Shown: positions 11,701 through 24,300 of the stretch, one piece after another | How the letters are laid out: every line of letters begins with the position of its first letter | Numbering within the stretch: the stretch's first letter is position 1 | The notes under the pieces: model-generated | Told to the model about the DNA's origin: nothing | Seen by the model: only the letters and a program-made list of their open reading frames with translations | Databases searched by the model: none | Position numbers and translations under genes: made by a program | Assembly (NCBI GenBank): GCA_004431415.1 | Contig: QPMI01000582.1 | Coordinates: 1 to 64,000 of the forward strand | DNA from: Cyanophora paradoxa CCMP329 | Lineage: Eukaryota > Plantae > Glaucophyta | Direction of reading: 5' to 3' | DNA: 64,000 bases

Positions 11701-14700
11701 GTGGGGTCGTTCCAGCACACTTGCACGGTCGGGGCCGTGCAGGGCGTCTCGGAGTTCCCGCACACGTTTTCAGCGACGGGCGCGGGCGCTCCCGGGTCGG
11801 TCGCTGCAGGACCGGTGCCGTCAAATGGCCGCCATGTCATGATCATAAATCCATCTTAAGCGCACGGTCGGTCTCAACGGAAAGCTTGCGGGTCGGCGAC
11901 ACCGCGGGCGCCACCGGTGTCAGGGGCTGCGGCGAATCGCCAACGTCGTTGAAGCAGTTGTACGTGACCTGATTCAAAATTATGCACGCACGGTCAGCGA
12001 AAGCCAGATAAGAGCAAAGCCAGATAAGAGCGTAATAGATATTGATTAAAATCAAACGACCGCGCACGTCGTAGAAGTAGCCGGGGTCGAGACCGGTGAA
12101 GCGGATGTCGTTCTTCCAGTCGCCCGAGAAGTCCGCCGGGATGAAGTAGTCCTTGCTCTGGATCTGGTACTTGGCGACCAGATCGTCGGCGGACGCGCCG
12201 GGCACGGCTGTCTGGCGGCGGATCTCAACCGTCTGTGAGCGCAAGCGCCACGTCGGCATGTCATCAGGACCAAGTACGGCCGCAGCCGCTGCGCGCGGGG
12301 CGCATGCGCACGCAGTTGCGGAGAGTGGCGCCGCCGTCGAACGCCGGCTTCTTGATGTCGACCTCGATCCAGGTCTTGTCCTCGCCGCTCGTGCGCTCGT
12401 CGAGGTCGTACGGCTCGACAGCTGCACGATCGCGGGCAGTTTGCAATGGTGTCAAAAACGGCGGCAAAACAGCGAGGAGCTCGAGCGCACGGTCCATCTC
12501 AAACGTCTCCTCTGCCCCCACAGTGCAGCGCTCCGGAGCGTACGCGCCGTCGACGGGGGACACGTTGCAGACGGTGACCTTGCACTTGTACGAGCCACCT
12601 GACCACGAGCACGCACACGCATCGAGTTGAGTGCGGTGTGCGAGCTCAACACGAGATCGACGCACCAGGCTTCATCAGGCCAACGTCGATCGCGCGCTGG
12701 GACATGCCAGTCACGTCCGAGTCGAAGGTGAAGCCGGCCGAGAGTGTGTCGGCCAGACCCTCGCAGTGCACGCGGAAGACGGTCTCCGCGGCGCCTCCGC
12801 TGCTCGTGCGTCAGCTAGAACTCTTCAACTGCAACCGCTCAAGGTAAATATTGATCATGAGAAACCAACGCACTCGTAATCAATAGTCGAGTCGGACTCG
12901 CGCTGGTCCTGGCCCAGCTTCGTGCAATCGACGCTGCTCGTCGGCGTCGCGCGGGCCGGGGTCCGCCACGTCCACTCGAGCTTGCCCTTGTACTTGCGGT
13001 TCCCGTCGTAGCCGGAGAAGCCGTAGCCCGAGGCGGTGAGGTCCATGGTCGGCTTCTTGGGCGCGGAGGGCGCGACGATGGGCTGCGTCCACGTCTTCGT
13101 CACGACAGCGCTCGCGTAGTCCTCCTCGTTGACGGCCCGAATCTGCCGCGCAAGCGCGTGAGACTGAGCTGGCGTGCATGATTACTGGTCGTTCAATGCA
13201 GACCTGTGCCTCCATGTCGGCGCCAGCGATGAGGCCGGTGAGGCTCTTGGACAGAGCGGTCCCAGCGACCGAAGCATCTTCGCCCCAGCCCACGGTTGCG
13301 CTTGCGGTGCCGCCCCCGCACGAGGTCGTAAGCCCGTGCCGGCGCATGTCCTTCCAACGCACTCGCGGAGGTGTCGGCGTCGAAGGTGGTGGGCACGGCG
13401 GGATTCGTGGCGCGGTTCTTGAACGTCTGCCCGTCGTCGGAGTCGGAGGTGAGCTCGACGCCGGACACCGTGTCCTTGTTGGTGACCGTGCAGCTGGGCG
13501 TCCACAGCACGGCCGCGAGGGGCAGCGCGGGATCCGGCGACGTCTCGCTGAAGGAGAACGACAGCGAGGCCGCGTTTCCGGGCACGGTCTTGGTGACGAC
13601 TGTGGTCCCCTTGGTCACCTTTGCAGTGTACTCCTTCAGCGGGGCCCCTCTGAGCGCCGCCCATTCCGTGTCAGAACAAGGGGATTATTCCAACTAAATC
13701 GAAGCATTGCACCCGTTGCTCGAAGGGGCAGTGATCGTGCAGGTCGCGCGCTTGTAGAGGGGAGTGCTCGGGTCGCCCTTGAGCCCCGTGACGACGGCCG
13801 GGACGGTACAGCTGATGCCGCACTTGGTCGGCTTGATGGCCGGCTGGTGCCAGTCGAAGGAGTTCGAGTAGCCGCTCCGGCTGGCCTCGTTCGTGGCCTG
13901 GATGGCGAACTTGTAGTTGTGGCCAGGCTGCAGGTCGACGTCGTTGGTGAAGCTCAGGACGCTGTTGGCGAATCCGGTCTTCGTGCTGCCCGAAACCGCG
14001 GCCCAGTCCTTCACGTCGCCCGTGCAGGCGTCCGCCTCGGTGACCTCGCAGTACAGGAGCTTGTACGAGCTGAGTACGGGGGCGCCGTAGAAGCTGGCCT
14101 TGCGCCTGGAGAGGGAGAGCGCGGGCGTGAGCTCGCGCGAGGGGTTGAGCGCAGGCGAGGGCAGGTCCGCGTGGCGCACCAGGTGACGGTCGCCGTGTCG
14201 TCGTCCTTCTTGGTGATGTCTGTGATGGCGACGCCGCTGTGGGCGCTCCAGTCGGGGTCCTCGGGGTCGGTCTTAAAGGTGCCCGTGTCGTCGTCCGTGC
14301 CGCAAGTTGCGGTGTGGACGGTGACGGTCGCCGAGTAGGTCGTATCTGCGCGGCGCTCAGCGATGGCAGGCCTAGGCTTACGCCCCGGCGGCGGCCGCAG
14401 CGCGCACATGGGCTGAGGCCCGTGACGGTCTTGGAAGTGGAGGTGGCGCTGATGCCAGAGTAAGTGCTCCCCGCAACGGAGACGGTGAAGCTCTGAACGC
14501 CGCCCCTGAGGATGGGTGTCAGCTCAGTGAGAAACATCATGCAGTATTATGAAATCATCAGAGATCTGGAACGAACTGGCAGCCGCCGTCGTAGACGTCC
14601 TTCCAGCCGATGATGCCGCCGCGGGATCCGTCCTTCTTCGGGTCAATAGTGACGCGCGGACTGACGGCTGCGACGCGAGTGACAGCGGGTGAGGCGTGCT

Positions 14701-15679
14701 CGAGGACTTTTGGCGTTGCATCGAAAAGGAGAGGTGCGCACGGTCCTTGGTCTTGCTCGTCTGAGCCGTGGAGGAGAACGAGTCGATGACGGGACCGGCC
14801 TTGCTCCAGACCTGCACCTTGAGCGAGTAGTGGAAGCCTGAGGCGGCCCGTATCGCGTAAGCTCTCAGATGCTACGCCTGGCGAACCTCGAGTCCCCAAC
14901 ATGCGCACCGGGTTTGATGGTCTGCTCGCCGAGCGTGTAGTGCTCGCTCTTCTCGCTGGAGGCGACGAGCGTGCAGGCCGTGAGCGCCTTCTGGGGCTGG
15001 TAGTACACGCCGCACTCGTAGAACCAGGCTGCAGCCGCGCAAGGAGATGAGGACGTGATCGCGAGGAAAGAAAGGGCGCCAAACGCGCAAGAGGATGCAC
15101 CCTGGTAGTAGTTGATGAGGCAGCCAGTGCAGCCGTCGTCCGTGTAGTTGTTCAGCGGGTTGATGGCGGGGGCGCTCCACGACGGGGTCGCCTTTGTGTC
15201 GTCGCTGCACAGAGGCCGTCAGATAGTTCAAAGCGAATCGAACGAGCGCAAGAGAGACTCTGCACCTCGTCGAAAAGTCGATTGCGAGCTGCGAAGCCGG
15301 CTCGGGATCGACGGCGAAGAGCCGAGCCGCGGATGAGGAGCTCGACGCCTCGAGGCCCGCCTGCGCGAGCAAAGCCAGGTGTAAGCGGTGGCGCAAGCTT
15401 GCCAGCGCGCGCTCATTGCACTTGCGCGGAGCCGCACCGAGTTGACAGCCGTGACCGTGGCGAAAATCAGCGTGTAGGGGTTGAGACCGCAGACATAGGT
15501 GTAGCGGCCGTCGGGGCTGTTGCCGTCGACGGTGGAGAGGACCGAAACTAACGGGCCCGACGTCGACGCGACCGTGACGGTGTAGCTGTCGGGCATCGGA
15601 CACGCGTGAGCAGCGCGAGCTCGAGGTGTGCGAGCGCGCAAGGGCGCGCGACGCACTGGCGGATGAACTCGGCGCCAAA
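8736..15679 (-). CDS. Host multi-exon fibronectin type III repeat protein, downstream part (truncated by the viral insertion)
   Basis: Many short GC3-rich exons with FN3 signatures (GLTKNAKYELRFIACN, GLSPKTEYTYSVVA, GLDPGYFYDV, LQPGHNYKFAIQATN, GLNPYTLIFATVTAVNS). They are separated by short introns with GTGCG-type donors and CAG acceptors. Confidence 0.85.
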
Positions 15680-15992
15680 CGTAAGGAGCTGTTTCGCATG
15701 TCGCAGACGGCCCCGGACGGACCTCGACGGGCCGAAAACGGCGCGACCTTTTGGACATCCCGCTAGTTCGCGAGCTTTAACAATGGATGGAATTTGAATT
15801 TTGAACACGGCCGTGTCACGGCGGCTATCAGCCGGCTGAGTTCGAGTTCGAGCTGGCTAGACCAAATTCTATATCCCCCCAAGCCATCTCCCCCCCCTTC
15901 CAAGCCACGGCCAGCTGCAGCTAGATTGCGGCCAGCCACGGACTTGCGCGGGAAAAGCAAAAGCGCTTATAGCTTAGCGTTCGGCGATCGAG

Positions 15993-17749
15993 ATGCCGCT
16001 CTCTGTGCTGTCTGCCAAGGTCGGCTCAGCGTTCGGTTCCATTAGAGCGTGGCTGGGCGGCGCCAGCGATGGCAGGCCGCGGCACGGCCAGATTGGCGGC
16101 AGCACCTGCGGCAGCCAGGACGACCTCGGCGAGGACGTGAATCCAGACGACTTTGGCGACGCAGCTTTGAGCGAGCAAGTCGTTCAGCCTGCGCATGCAG
16201 CGCCAGCTGCGCATGCGACGGCCGCGGTCGCGCTGGCGCCTCCCGCGGCGGAGCCGGCGGGCGGGAGCGACTCCCCACAAGTCTCGCCAGTACGCTCAGA
16301 GCTCGAGCAGAGCCCCGGCAGCGGCTGCTGTGAGACGCCAGGGACGCCTTTGGGGGGGGGTACGCCTGTACAGCCGTGTACGCCGCCTGTCGCAGCTGCC
16401 TCATCAGCGACCCCCGTGTACACGCCTGATCGCCCGCGTCGCAAGCGGGTAGTAGCTGCGCCCTCGCAATCGCAGCCTTCGCATGATCAGCCGGCCACGC
16501 CTCCACGCACGCAGCCGCCGGCGGCAGCGGCCTCGCCAGCGACCCCCGTGGACATGCCTAAGCGCGTGAGTCGCAAGCGGGCAGCGGCGGCGACCTCCCA
16601 GCCTTCGCCCGCGGCGGCACCGAGCGAGCAATATGAGGATCCCTTCGTTGCCATGGAGCGGTATATGGACGATCCCTCTGTCGCGCCGTCGCCTGCCAGC
16701 TCAGCCGCGAAGAAGCCAGCCCCGAAGAAGCCCGCCACGTCCACCAAGCAGCAGTGCAAGCGGCGCAAGTGCGATGTCGAGATGACGGGCGAGGAGGAAG
16801 ATCGATTCACCCCCTGGGACAAGCCCGGGCGGCACCGCTTTCGCATCGAGGAGGAGGACGCCGCACTCTATCGGAGGCTCACCGGCTGCAAGCGGGTTTC
16901 CGATGCGGTTCGCATGGCGTCCAAGCTCCTTGAAGCGATCGAGTACCTTCAGCAGCGTGTGCGCGCGCCGTTTCACGCCGCCGTGCGCTTCGCCCGCAGC
17001 TTGCCTCGCTGATTCGGGCCGCAGGATGTCCTAGACAAGGGTCTAACTGGCGCGGAGCTCGCCAATCAACTGAAGGCGAAAGTCGACGTGTTCCTCCGTG
17101 CACCGGCGCAGCGTGAGGAGCTCCAACAGAAGTGCAGCTCCCTGGAGCGGGAGCTCCCTGATCTGCGGTGGGCCAACAGGGAGAAGCAGCGGCAGATCGC
17201 TCAACGGGAGGAGAAGATCGCTCAGCTGGAGAAGGAGATGATGCAGCTCAACGCCAGTCTGGTGAGCCCGCCGGCCGCCGCGCCGCCCGCGCCGCCGGCG
17301 CCCGCAATGCGCTGCTGACGGCGGTCCCTCCGGCGCCCGCAGAGAGCGACTCGGGTCAAAAACCTCGAAGAGGAGTGCGAGGAGCTGCAGAACCAGAACG
17401 CTGCGCTGCAGACGAAGGTGGATGACTTGGAAAACAAGGTCCGCGATTGCCCACACGCGTGCGTGCGCCCGCTGGCGCGTAACGCGGCGCGGCGCAGGTC
17501 TCAAGGATGAAGAGGAATTGGGACTTGGAGTTGGAGCGTGAGGCGAAGGTGTGGCGGAAGGAGGAGCGCATGTACATAAAGGAGGTGGAGGAGCTGGAGG
17601 CCGTTATCGAGTATCTCTACATGAGGGACGTGCTCATGCGGGAACCCCGGGGGCCTAGGGTCGCAGGGTGGGTCGCCGCGGTCCAGCAGCTACACGCTGC
17701 TGTGCCGCCGGAGACGTCGCCTTTCGAGGCGCCCGCCATCGGGCGCTAG
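15993..17749 (+). CDS. Element gene A: Pro/Ala-rich N-terminus, possible ribbon-helix-helix motif, long coiled coil (spliced)
   Basis: ORFs 15993..17012, 17088..17318 and 17507..17749, plus a small exon near 17343-17438, can be joined by short GT-AG introns. Heptad-rich E/K/Q/L sequence. Confidence 0.6.
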
Positions 17750-17946
17750 CCCCGGCCCGCTCGCTTCGTCCTGCATAGCTAGAGCTCTCATCGGATGAGA
17801 AAAATTTGTGTTCCTTTTGCGCATGCGTCGCCCACACGACAGCCGGGCGGGGACGCGGGGCGCGGCTGGGTTGGCTAACTGTGCGTGCATCCGGAGCCTC
17901 CGAGCAAGCCTAGCCTATAAGCTCGGCGACGCTGAGCTAGGTGCGC

Positions 17947-18081
17947 CCGGCGCGCCTGGTAATCTGCTCGGGAAGGTCGGAACGGCTTGGGCACGGAACC
18001 GGGGTCGGCCGCAAAGGCGGACCGTGCCAGACCCAATCGGCGCTGAGCTACGCCGGCGCGCCTGGTAATCTGCTCGGGAAG
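17947..18081 (+). repeat. 29-bp exact direct repeat pair
   Basis: CCGGCGCGCCTGGTAATCTGCTCGGGAAG at 17947-17975 and 18053-18081. Confidence 0.9.
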
Positions 18082-19284
18082 CTCGGGATGAGTCAAGGCC
18101 TCGCACCTGGGGCTGGCAATCCATGCACTGCGGCAAGCAGCCGCTGCCCCACCGACCTCGTCTCGCAGAAGCGGGTCACGGAGATGAAGGAAGACCGCGT
18201 GAAGCGCCGCGGGCGCTCTCGTGGCATGCCGGGCCGGGCCGGGCGTATGCGTACCCGGTTGGCCAGCGGAGGAAACTCGGCTGACTGAGCGGCTCGCGCT
18301 TTCGACAACGTGGCACTGTGGCACTGTAGTACACCTGGCGAGGCGCACGCCGCGACAACGATTCGGCGAGGCGCACGCCCTCGCCCGCGAACTTGGAACA
18401 TACGCACGCCTGCCCTGGATCGCGGACCGAGCCTCGGAGACTTCCGCCCTCTCCGAGGCTCATGGCTGAAGCTGCGATAGCATGGTGCCGGCTGGCTGAG
18501 GCCGCCCGTGCCGGAGCAGCTGCAGCCGGGGCCAAGTGGCTGGCCGGCGCCTTAAGCGCGCGGCTGCACTGCGAGCGGGGAGCTGGGCTCGCTGTCGGCG
18601 GCAATCTTATCCGCTCTCAAGGTTTCGCAAGGCTGCGAGCGCGCGGCGACCCCCGGTATCGCGTTCGCAATTTTTGATCTGCCAGGGAATCTGCACTCCG
18701 AGGCTTGCGATTGAAGCACGGCAGCCTCGTATCTTGATTAGAACTTTTTATTCAAGATGTAGAGGCGTCACACGGCGTTATTTAGTGCCCTGCACAAAGC
18801 CCCCGCGATGGGCCCATTTAACCCGTCATACCATATGACTCATCATACGCCTATACACTACGTTACAGCTAGTCTTCTGCTGACTTTTGGCCCTTCCAAA
18901 TTGGGCCCATCGCCCCAGGAGCTGGGAGACATCGAAAAAAGCTTAGAGAACCTTTTTAAAGCACTATATAAGGCCTCCTATGCAGCTGCAGGGTCGGGGG
19001 AGGCCTTGTATGGCGCGAAAATAGGCTCCCGAGGCCCCCGGACTGCCAGAGTGTCCCGGAGGCCCCCGACTGTCCCGCCAGGCGCCCCGCCCTGTCAGCC
19101 CGCCCCGCCAGCCCGCCCGCCACTCTCGGTAGTCACTGAGTGCCACGGTGCCACGGTGCCACGGTGCGCGCACGATAGCAGAATAACTAGTAAATCTGTC
19201 GTATTCAAGCCAGGTGCAGACTGCAGCTGGTGACTCTAGCTGCAGACATCGTCCGGCCGCGAGACGAGGACGCCGTCGCCGGCA

Positions 19285-19573
19285 GGGCGGCGACCGGCGG
19301 GGCGGGGGCGGGGCCGGCGGGCGGGGCGGGGCCGGCGGGGCGGGGCGGGGCGGGCGGGGGCGGGGCGGGGCGGGGGCGGGGCGGCGGGGCGGGGGCGGGG
19401 CGGGGCGGGGCGGGGCGGGGGCGGGGCGGGGCGGGGCGGGGGCGGGGCGGGGCGGGGGCGGGGCGGGGCGGGGCGGGGGCGGGGCCGGCGGGGCGGGGGC
19501 GGGGGCCGGCGGGGCGGGGGCGGGGCCGGCGGGGCGGGGGCGGCTAACGGCGGGGCGGGGGCGGCTAACGGCG
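19285..19573 (+). repeat. (GGGGC)n-like G-rich tract with G-quadruplex potential
   Basis: About 290 bp almost entirely of G runs separated by C, bracketed by a ~35-bp direct repeat (CATCGTCCGGCCGCGAGACGAG...) at ~19247 and ~19591. Confidence 0.9.
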
Positions 19574-20306
19574 CTACGCTTCGTCGTCGGCATCGTCCGG
19601 CCGCGAGACGAGCACGCCGTCGCCGCGACGCAGGCGGCGGCGCTTGCACCGAGCAGCAGCAGCAGCCCCGTCCGCCTCCGCCGCCGCCTCCGCCGCCTCC
19701 GCCGCCGCCGCCGCCGCCGCCTGCTGCTGCCGGATGCGCACCCGCTGGAAGTGCTCCGCGCACTTGAAGAGATTGTCGCCGAAATGCTCCATCTGCCCCG
19801 CCCGCCGCTGCAAGGCCGTCACGTTGTCATAGAGAGGCTTGAAGGCCGCCTCCTCGTAGAGCCCGAGGGGGTCCTGCCCGCAGAAGCGCGCCGTGCTGCG
19901 GTGCTTGCGGATCTCCGACCGCAGGTTAATGGCCTCGAGGAGGTTGTTGTGCGCCAGCGCGACCTCGAACTGCTCGTACAGCTGCTCGTGCTCGCGCATC
20001 CACGCGCGCGCGTACTCCAGCAACTGCTTGAGCTCGGCCAGCTTGTATGGCCTCACCGAGTCGCGCTCTATTGCGAGGTTGACCTCCAAAGCTGCCTGGT
20101 GGCGCCGCCTGATCTCATCCTCCTCCTCGAGCGCGCGCTCCTCGTCCGCCTTCATGCGCGCCCTGCGCTCGGCGCGCTGCCGCTGGTCCATCGCTCTCCG
20201 AGTCGCTGCTGTTGATCTCGATGACAGACGAAGTCATTGGGCGATTGCACGGCGCGTTGATGGTCTCCTCCTGGTCCTCCTCCTCGGACACGTAGTCAGC
20301 GGGCAT
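19574..20306 (-). CDS. Element gene B: helical/charged protein of unknown function
   Basis: ORF 19574..20191 has coding-like codon usage. A probable short acidic first exon starts at ATG 20306 (MPADYVSEEEDQE). Confidence 0.5.
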
Positions 20307-21178
20307 ATGCTTCGCTCCACAGCTAACATAGCTACACTGTCGATGCGACATAGCTAACGCTTGAGGCTGCTTCAGGCCCACCAGCTGCAGGGCGTTCAGC
20401 TGGAGTTGGACGTTCAGCAGTTTGCGTACCCAGTCTGGGCATGCTCCCCTTGCTTAGCGCGTCATACCCATATCGACGAGCGAGCATCGCGGCCGGCAAG
20501 GACCGCGCGGGTGGACCAGCCGCTTCGCCTAAGGTAGCTATGCATCGCAATTGCGCATTATCGCGCATGCTGGGCTCGCCTGCTGCTCTTCGGCGCCTAA
20601 CTGTCGCGGATGTGTATGCTTGCTCGCGGCGCTCGGAGCTGCCGCTTCCGCAGATGGCAGGGGAGGTACACGCGATCTTTTTTTCCGAGTTTTGAACCCG
20701 CCCGCGCGATGCAGCGACCCATCGCGCCCCGTCCCGCGGCCCAGCCCGCGCCCCAAACGTTTCCAGCGCCCGCAGCAGTCGTTTTAGAGATGGCGGACGC
20801 GTCGGTCGCGTACCAGGCGCTTATGCGGATCATCGCAGTGCTCACCCACAGCCGAAACGCCCACCTGGAACTGGAGGCGCGCGGCATTGCGTCTCCATTG
20901 TATCCGCATAGCTTAGCTTGCACGGCGGCGCTTCAAGAGGCCACCGCAGTGGCTGTGTTCCTCCAGTGCATCCTGCAGAGCCCTCCAGCTTCGCCACCCG
21001 GGTCGCCATCGGCTCCAGCGAGCCCGCAATCGCCTCAGATTAGCCCAGAGCAGCAGCAGCAGCGCGGTCGTCGCGCGTTCGGCGCCGACGTGGTATGCCG
21101 CTCATTCAAATTCGATGTCATGACTTGACTTGCCCGCGCTTACGAGTGTATGCTCTCTGCCCGGCCGCGAGCAGACGA

Positions 21179-24100
21179 ATGCAGTTCTTAATGAGGCGCC
21201 GAGCCCGGCGCCGCGGCCGGCCCCGGCCCGGCACCGCCCCGAAACGCGCTCGCGGCAAGGAAGATGTGCCGCCTGAGGAGCGGATCGTCCGCAAGGCGAC
21301 GCTCAAAGCGCGCGACGAGCGCATCGCAGTGCTTGAGGCGGAGAACAAGAAGCTTAGGGAGGAGCACCAGTCGAAGCGCGCCAAGGTCCCGCGGACTTCG
21401 GCACAGCGTGCAGCGACCATCTCGCGCATAGCTAGGCAGGTCCCTGGGAAGGGATGCTCGGATACGTCCAGGCAGCGGCGCACGCGGTTCCTCCGCATGC
21501 TGCTCTCGACGATTCTAAACGCTGCGAGTCCGGACATCCAGATCCGCCTCCCCATGTTTAAAAAGAACTTCGCGAGGTACAAGGCGGGGCGGCGCGCGCG
21601 CAGGCATATGCATGCTTATCCAGGGCGCCCCAGGAACAAAGGAGAGGAGGAGGGCGCCTATCAGAAGAGGAGGGAGGCGCTGGAGGCGGAGGCACGCCGC
21701 CTCGTGAGCATCATCGGGCCACACGCAGTGCGCGTTATTATACATAAAAAGAGCTACCGAGAATCGTACTTTAATAGGCTACAAAATCGTTGGAGAAGAG
21801 CACCTTTCTGAACCACCGTCCGCAGGCCCAACGAGCCCTGGAAACGAGCAAATCGGGTCAGCTGCAAGTGAAGAAGGCGATGAGCATCGCCTGCAGGAAG
21901 CTGCGGGACACCTTCCCCGACTGCGAGATTCTAGAGTGGAAGGACCGCCACTGCATCTCGGACGTGCGCCCTTTCTCGAATGTTTTAACCCCCCATCCCG
22001 TTCTAAACCGACCCGGGGCAGGCGACGTACTTTGAGTTCACGAAGCTCCTCAAGAAGGCCCTGAAGAAGCACTTCGTGGGGCTGCGAGCCTTCCTCCCGT
22101 CGAAGCACTGCATCACGAAGCTACGGGGCAAGGTCAACGATGACCTCGAGAAGGCGCGGCGCGCGCGCGCGGGGCGGGGGTGAGGGACGAGGCTCACCGA
22201 GCGGTGCAGATCGTGCAGATCGTCGAAACAGCGGCGGGCGTCGGCGACGAGGAGAACAAGGGCAAGCCGGGCGTCATGCTCGAGCTCTTTGTGCCTCCGT
22301 CGAGCGCAGCGCCGGCGGCGGGCGGAGAGGCGGCAGCGCCGGCGGCGGGCGGAGAGGCGGCAGCGCCGCCGCCCCGCAGAGCTGTCACGCCGACGCCCGC
22401 CCTGTCGGCCCTCATCAGCGCTTTCGTCCCGCTGCACAAGCACAGGGGGAAGAAGATCAGACCTCGAGTCCGCCTGGCGGGCGACGGGACGATCGCGTTC
22501 CGCGGGAAGAGCGTCTCCACGACCGACGGCATGACCTGCATCGTGGCAATCGTCGACGGCTACTACGTCATCGAGGAGGACGGGACGCAGGCGTACCACC
22601 CGCTGAAGGGCGTTCAGAGCTGCTACGCCCTCCTGCCCCTAATGCTCTTCGGCGGTAGCGACAGCGAGGAGAACCTGCGCCCACGCATCAAGCCCCTCGC
22701 CGACATGGTCGAGTACCTGAACGAGAACCCGCTCACCCTGATCCCCGGGTACGAGCACGACAAGCCCGTCGAGGTCGAATTCTTGGTGACGGGCGACTAC
22801 AAGTTCCTCCGCGTCCTCCTCGGCTTCGACCTGTGCCCGCACTGCGATTCTGTCCACCGACGCGGGTCAGTTCGCCGAGTCACACGCGCTGAGATTCGGC
22901 ATGGGGCTCACGTTACTGCAGGTCCGAGTGCTCGGCGGTCGAAGTCGTGCGCGCAGCAGGGCCGCGGGATCGGGACGGCCTCCCTCCAGCCAGCGAACAG
23001 AGAATCCGCACCCCCGAGCACGACGCCAACGCCCTCCTGCAGCCGCTCCCGAACAGCATGCTGCCCGTCGCTGCCGTCGAGGTGAGAAGCCCGCGACACC
23101 TCGCCTCAGCGGACGCCAACGCGCACCTCAGGTCCGGCTCGACGACGCCCTGCACGGCATCAAGAGCTGGGTGGCCGGGTTCTTCGTCTACTTCTTCCTC
23201 GCCCTCGCCTGTGGTGCCTCCGAGGACCAGCAGAAGCGCATCGAAGACCTGCAGCGTCATCTTCGCGATAAATACGCGCGGAACATCAAGTTCGAGAAGA
23301 CCGAGAACGGGGCCACCTACAAGTTCTTCCAGAAGATCTCCGCCAACACCGCCAAGAAGATCCTGGAGGACCCCGAGGCGCCCGACACCCTCTTCAGCAT
23401 CTGCTTCGGCGACAGTAAGGAGAGCTGGAGCGAGAAGACGAGGGGCATGCACGAGATTTGGCAGCTCCGCCAGATCATCTACCAGTACGAGCGGAACATG
23501 AAGCCCGACGAGGAGGCGCGGCAGCAAGTTATCGAGGCCGTCGCCGAGCTCCAGGGCCTGATGGAGACACACTTCCCGTTATGGAAGATCTTCACACGCT
23601 ACATGCACTCGACGCTTGCGCACCTCGCGTTCTGGGCGCGCGTCGACAACACGAACGCGCCCGGCCGTTGGAGCTGCGAGGTCATCGAGTCCTACATGGG
23701 CCTCCTTCGGCGCCTGCGACACACCGTCACGTCTCTCGGTGGCGGGTGGAACAAGGACCTCGACATGCTCAAGCAGATCATGACGCACCAGCGGCGGCGC
23801 CTGGCGCTGTGGATGCGGAACATGACGGAGGCGAGCGCCGGCGGGAAGGACGCTGCCCACGCCGAGTACGACGCGCCCGTCGCCGCCAAGGCCTGGCCAG
23901 ATGGGCCCTTCATCCCCCGACCTGCGGCCCGTCCCCACCGGTCAGCGGCTATGCAGGGCGAAGGGGCGGCGGCGGCGCCGCCGGGGGCGAGGAGGTGGCA
24001 GCGGTGCCCCTGCCTGCGGACGAGGAGGAGATCGACGAGGATATTGAGCTGCAGGAGGGGGATCCGGTGCCGGAGGACGAGGTGCCCGAGGAGAGCGGGG

Positions 24101-24261
24101 ACGAGGAGGAGGAGGAGGAGGAGACCGCCGAGTACGACGCCGAGGCAGAGGAGGAGGCGGAGGAGGAGATGGAGGCGGAGGATGAGGGCGCCAACATGCT
24201 CGATTTCGATGATAGGGCCCTAGCAGAGGTTCTAGCAGACGATCTAGCGGAGGGGAAATAG
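21179..24261 (+). CDS. RAG1/Transib-like DDE transposase (spliced, about 6 exons, acidic tail)
   Basis: Motifs collinear with the RAG1 core: GRPR AT-hooks; LAGDG (D at 22483); LLPLMLFGGSDSEENL; TGDYKFLRVLLG (D at 22795); CPHC; DDALHG (23141); TRYMHSTLAH (H at 23606 and 23621); GRWSCEVIES (E at 23687). Compare RAG1 SCDG, KPLCLMLADESDHETL, TGYDEKLVR, CTLC, IDALHC, TNYFHKTLAH, GAWASEGNES. Confidence 0.85.
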
Positions 24262-24300
24262 ACGAAATGGATTTGGACCAGACATAGCGCACCTTGTAAC

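Noticed and set aside
20610-21128. Additional element gene upstream of the transposase
   Set aside because: Plausible small ORF or 5' exon, but there is no motif or clear splice support.
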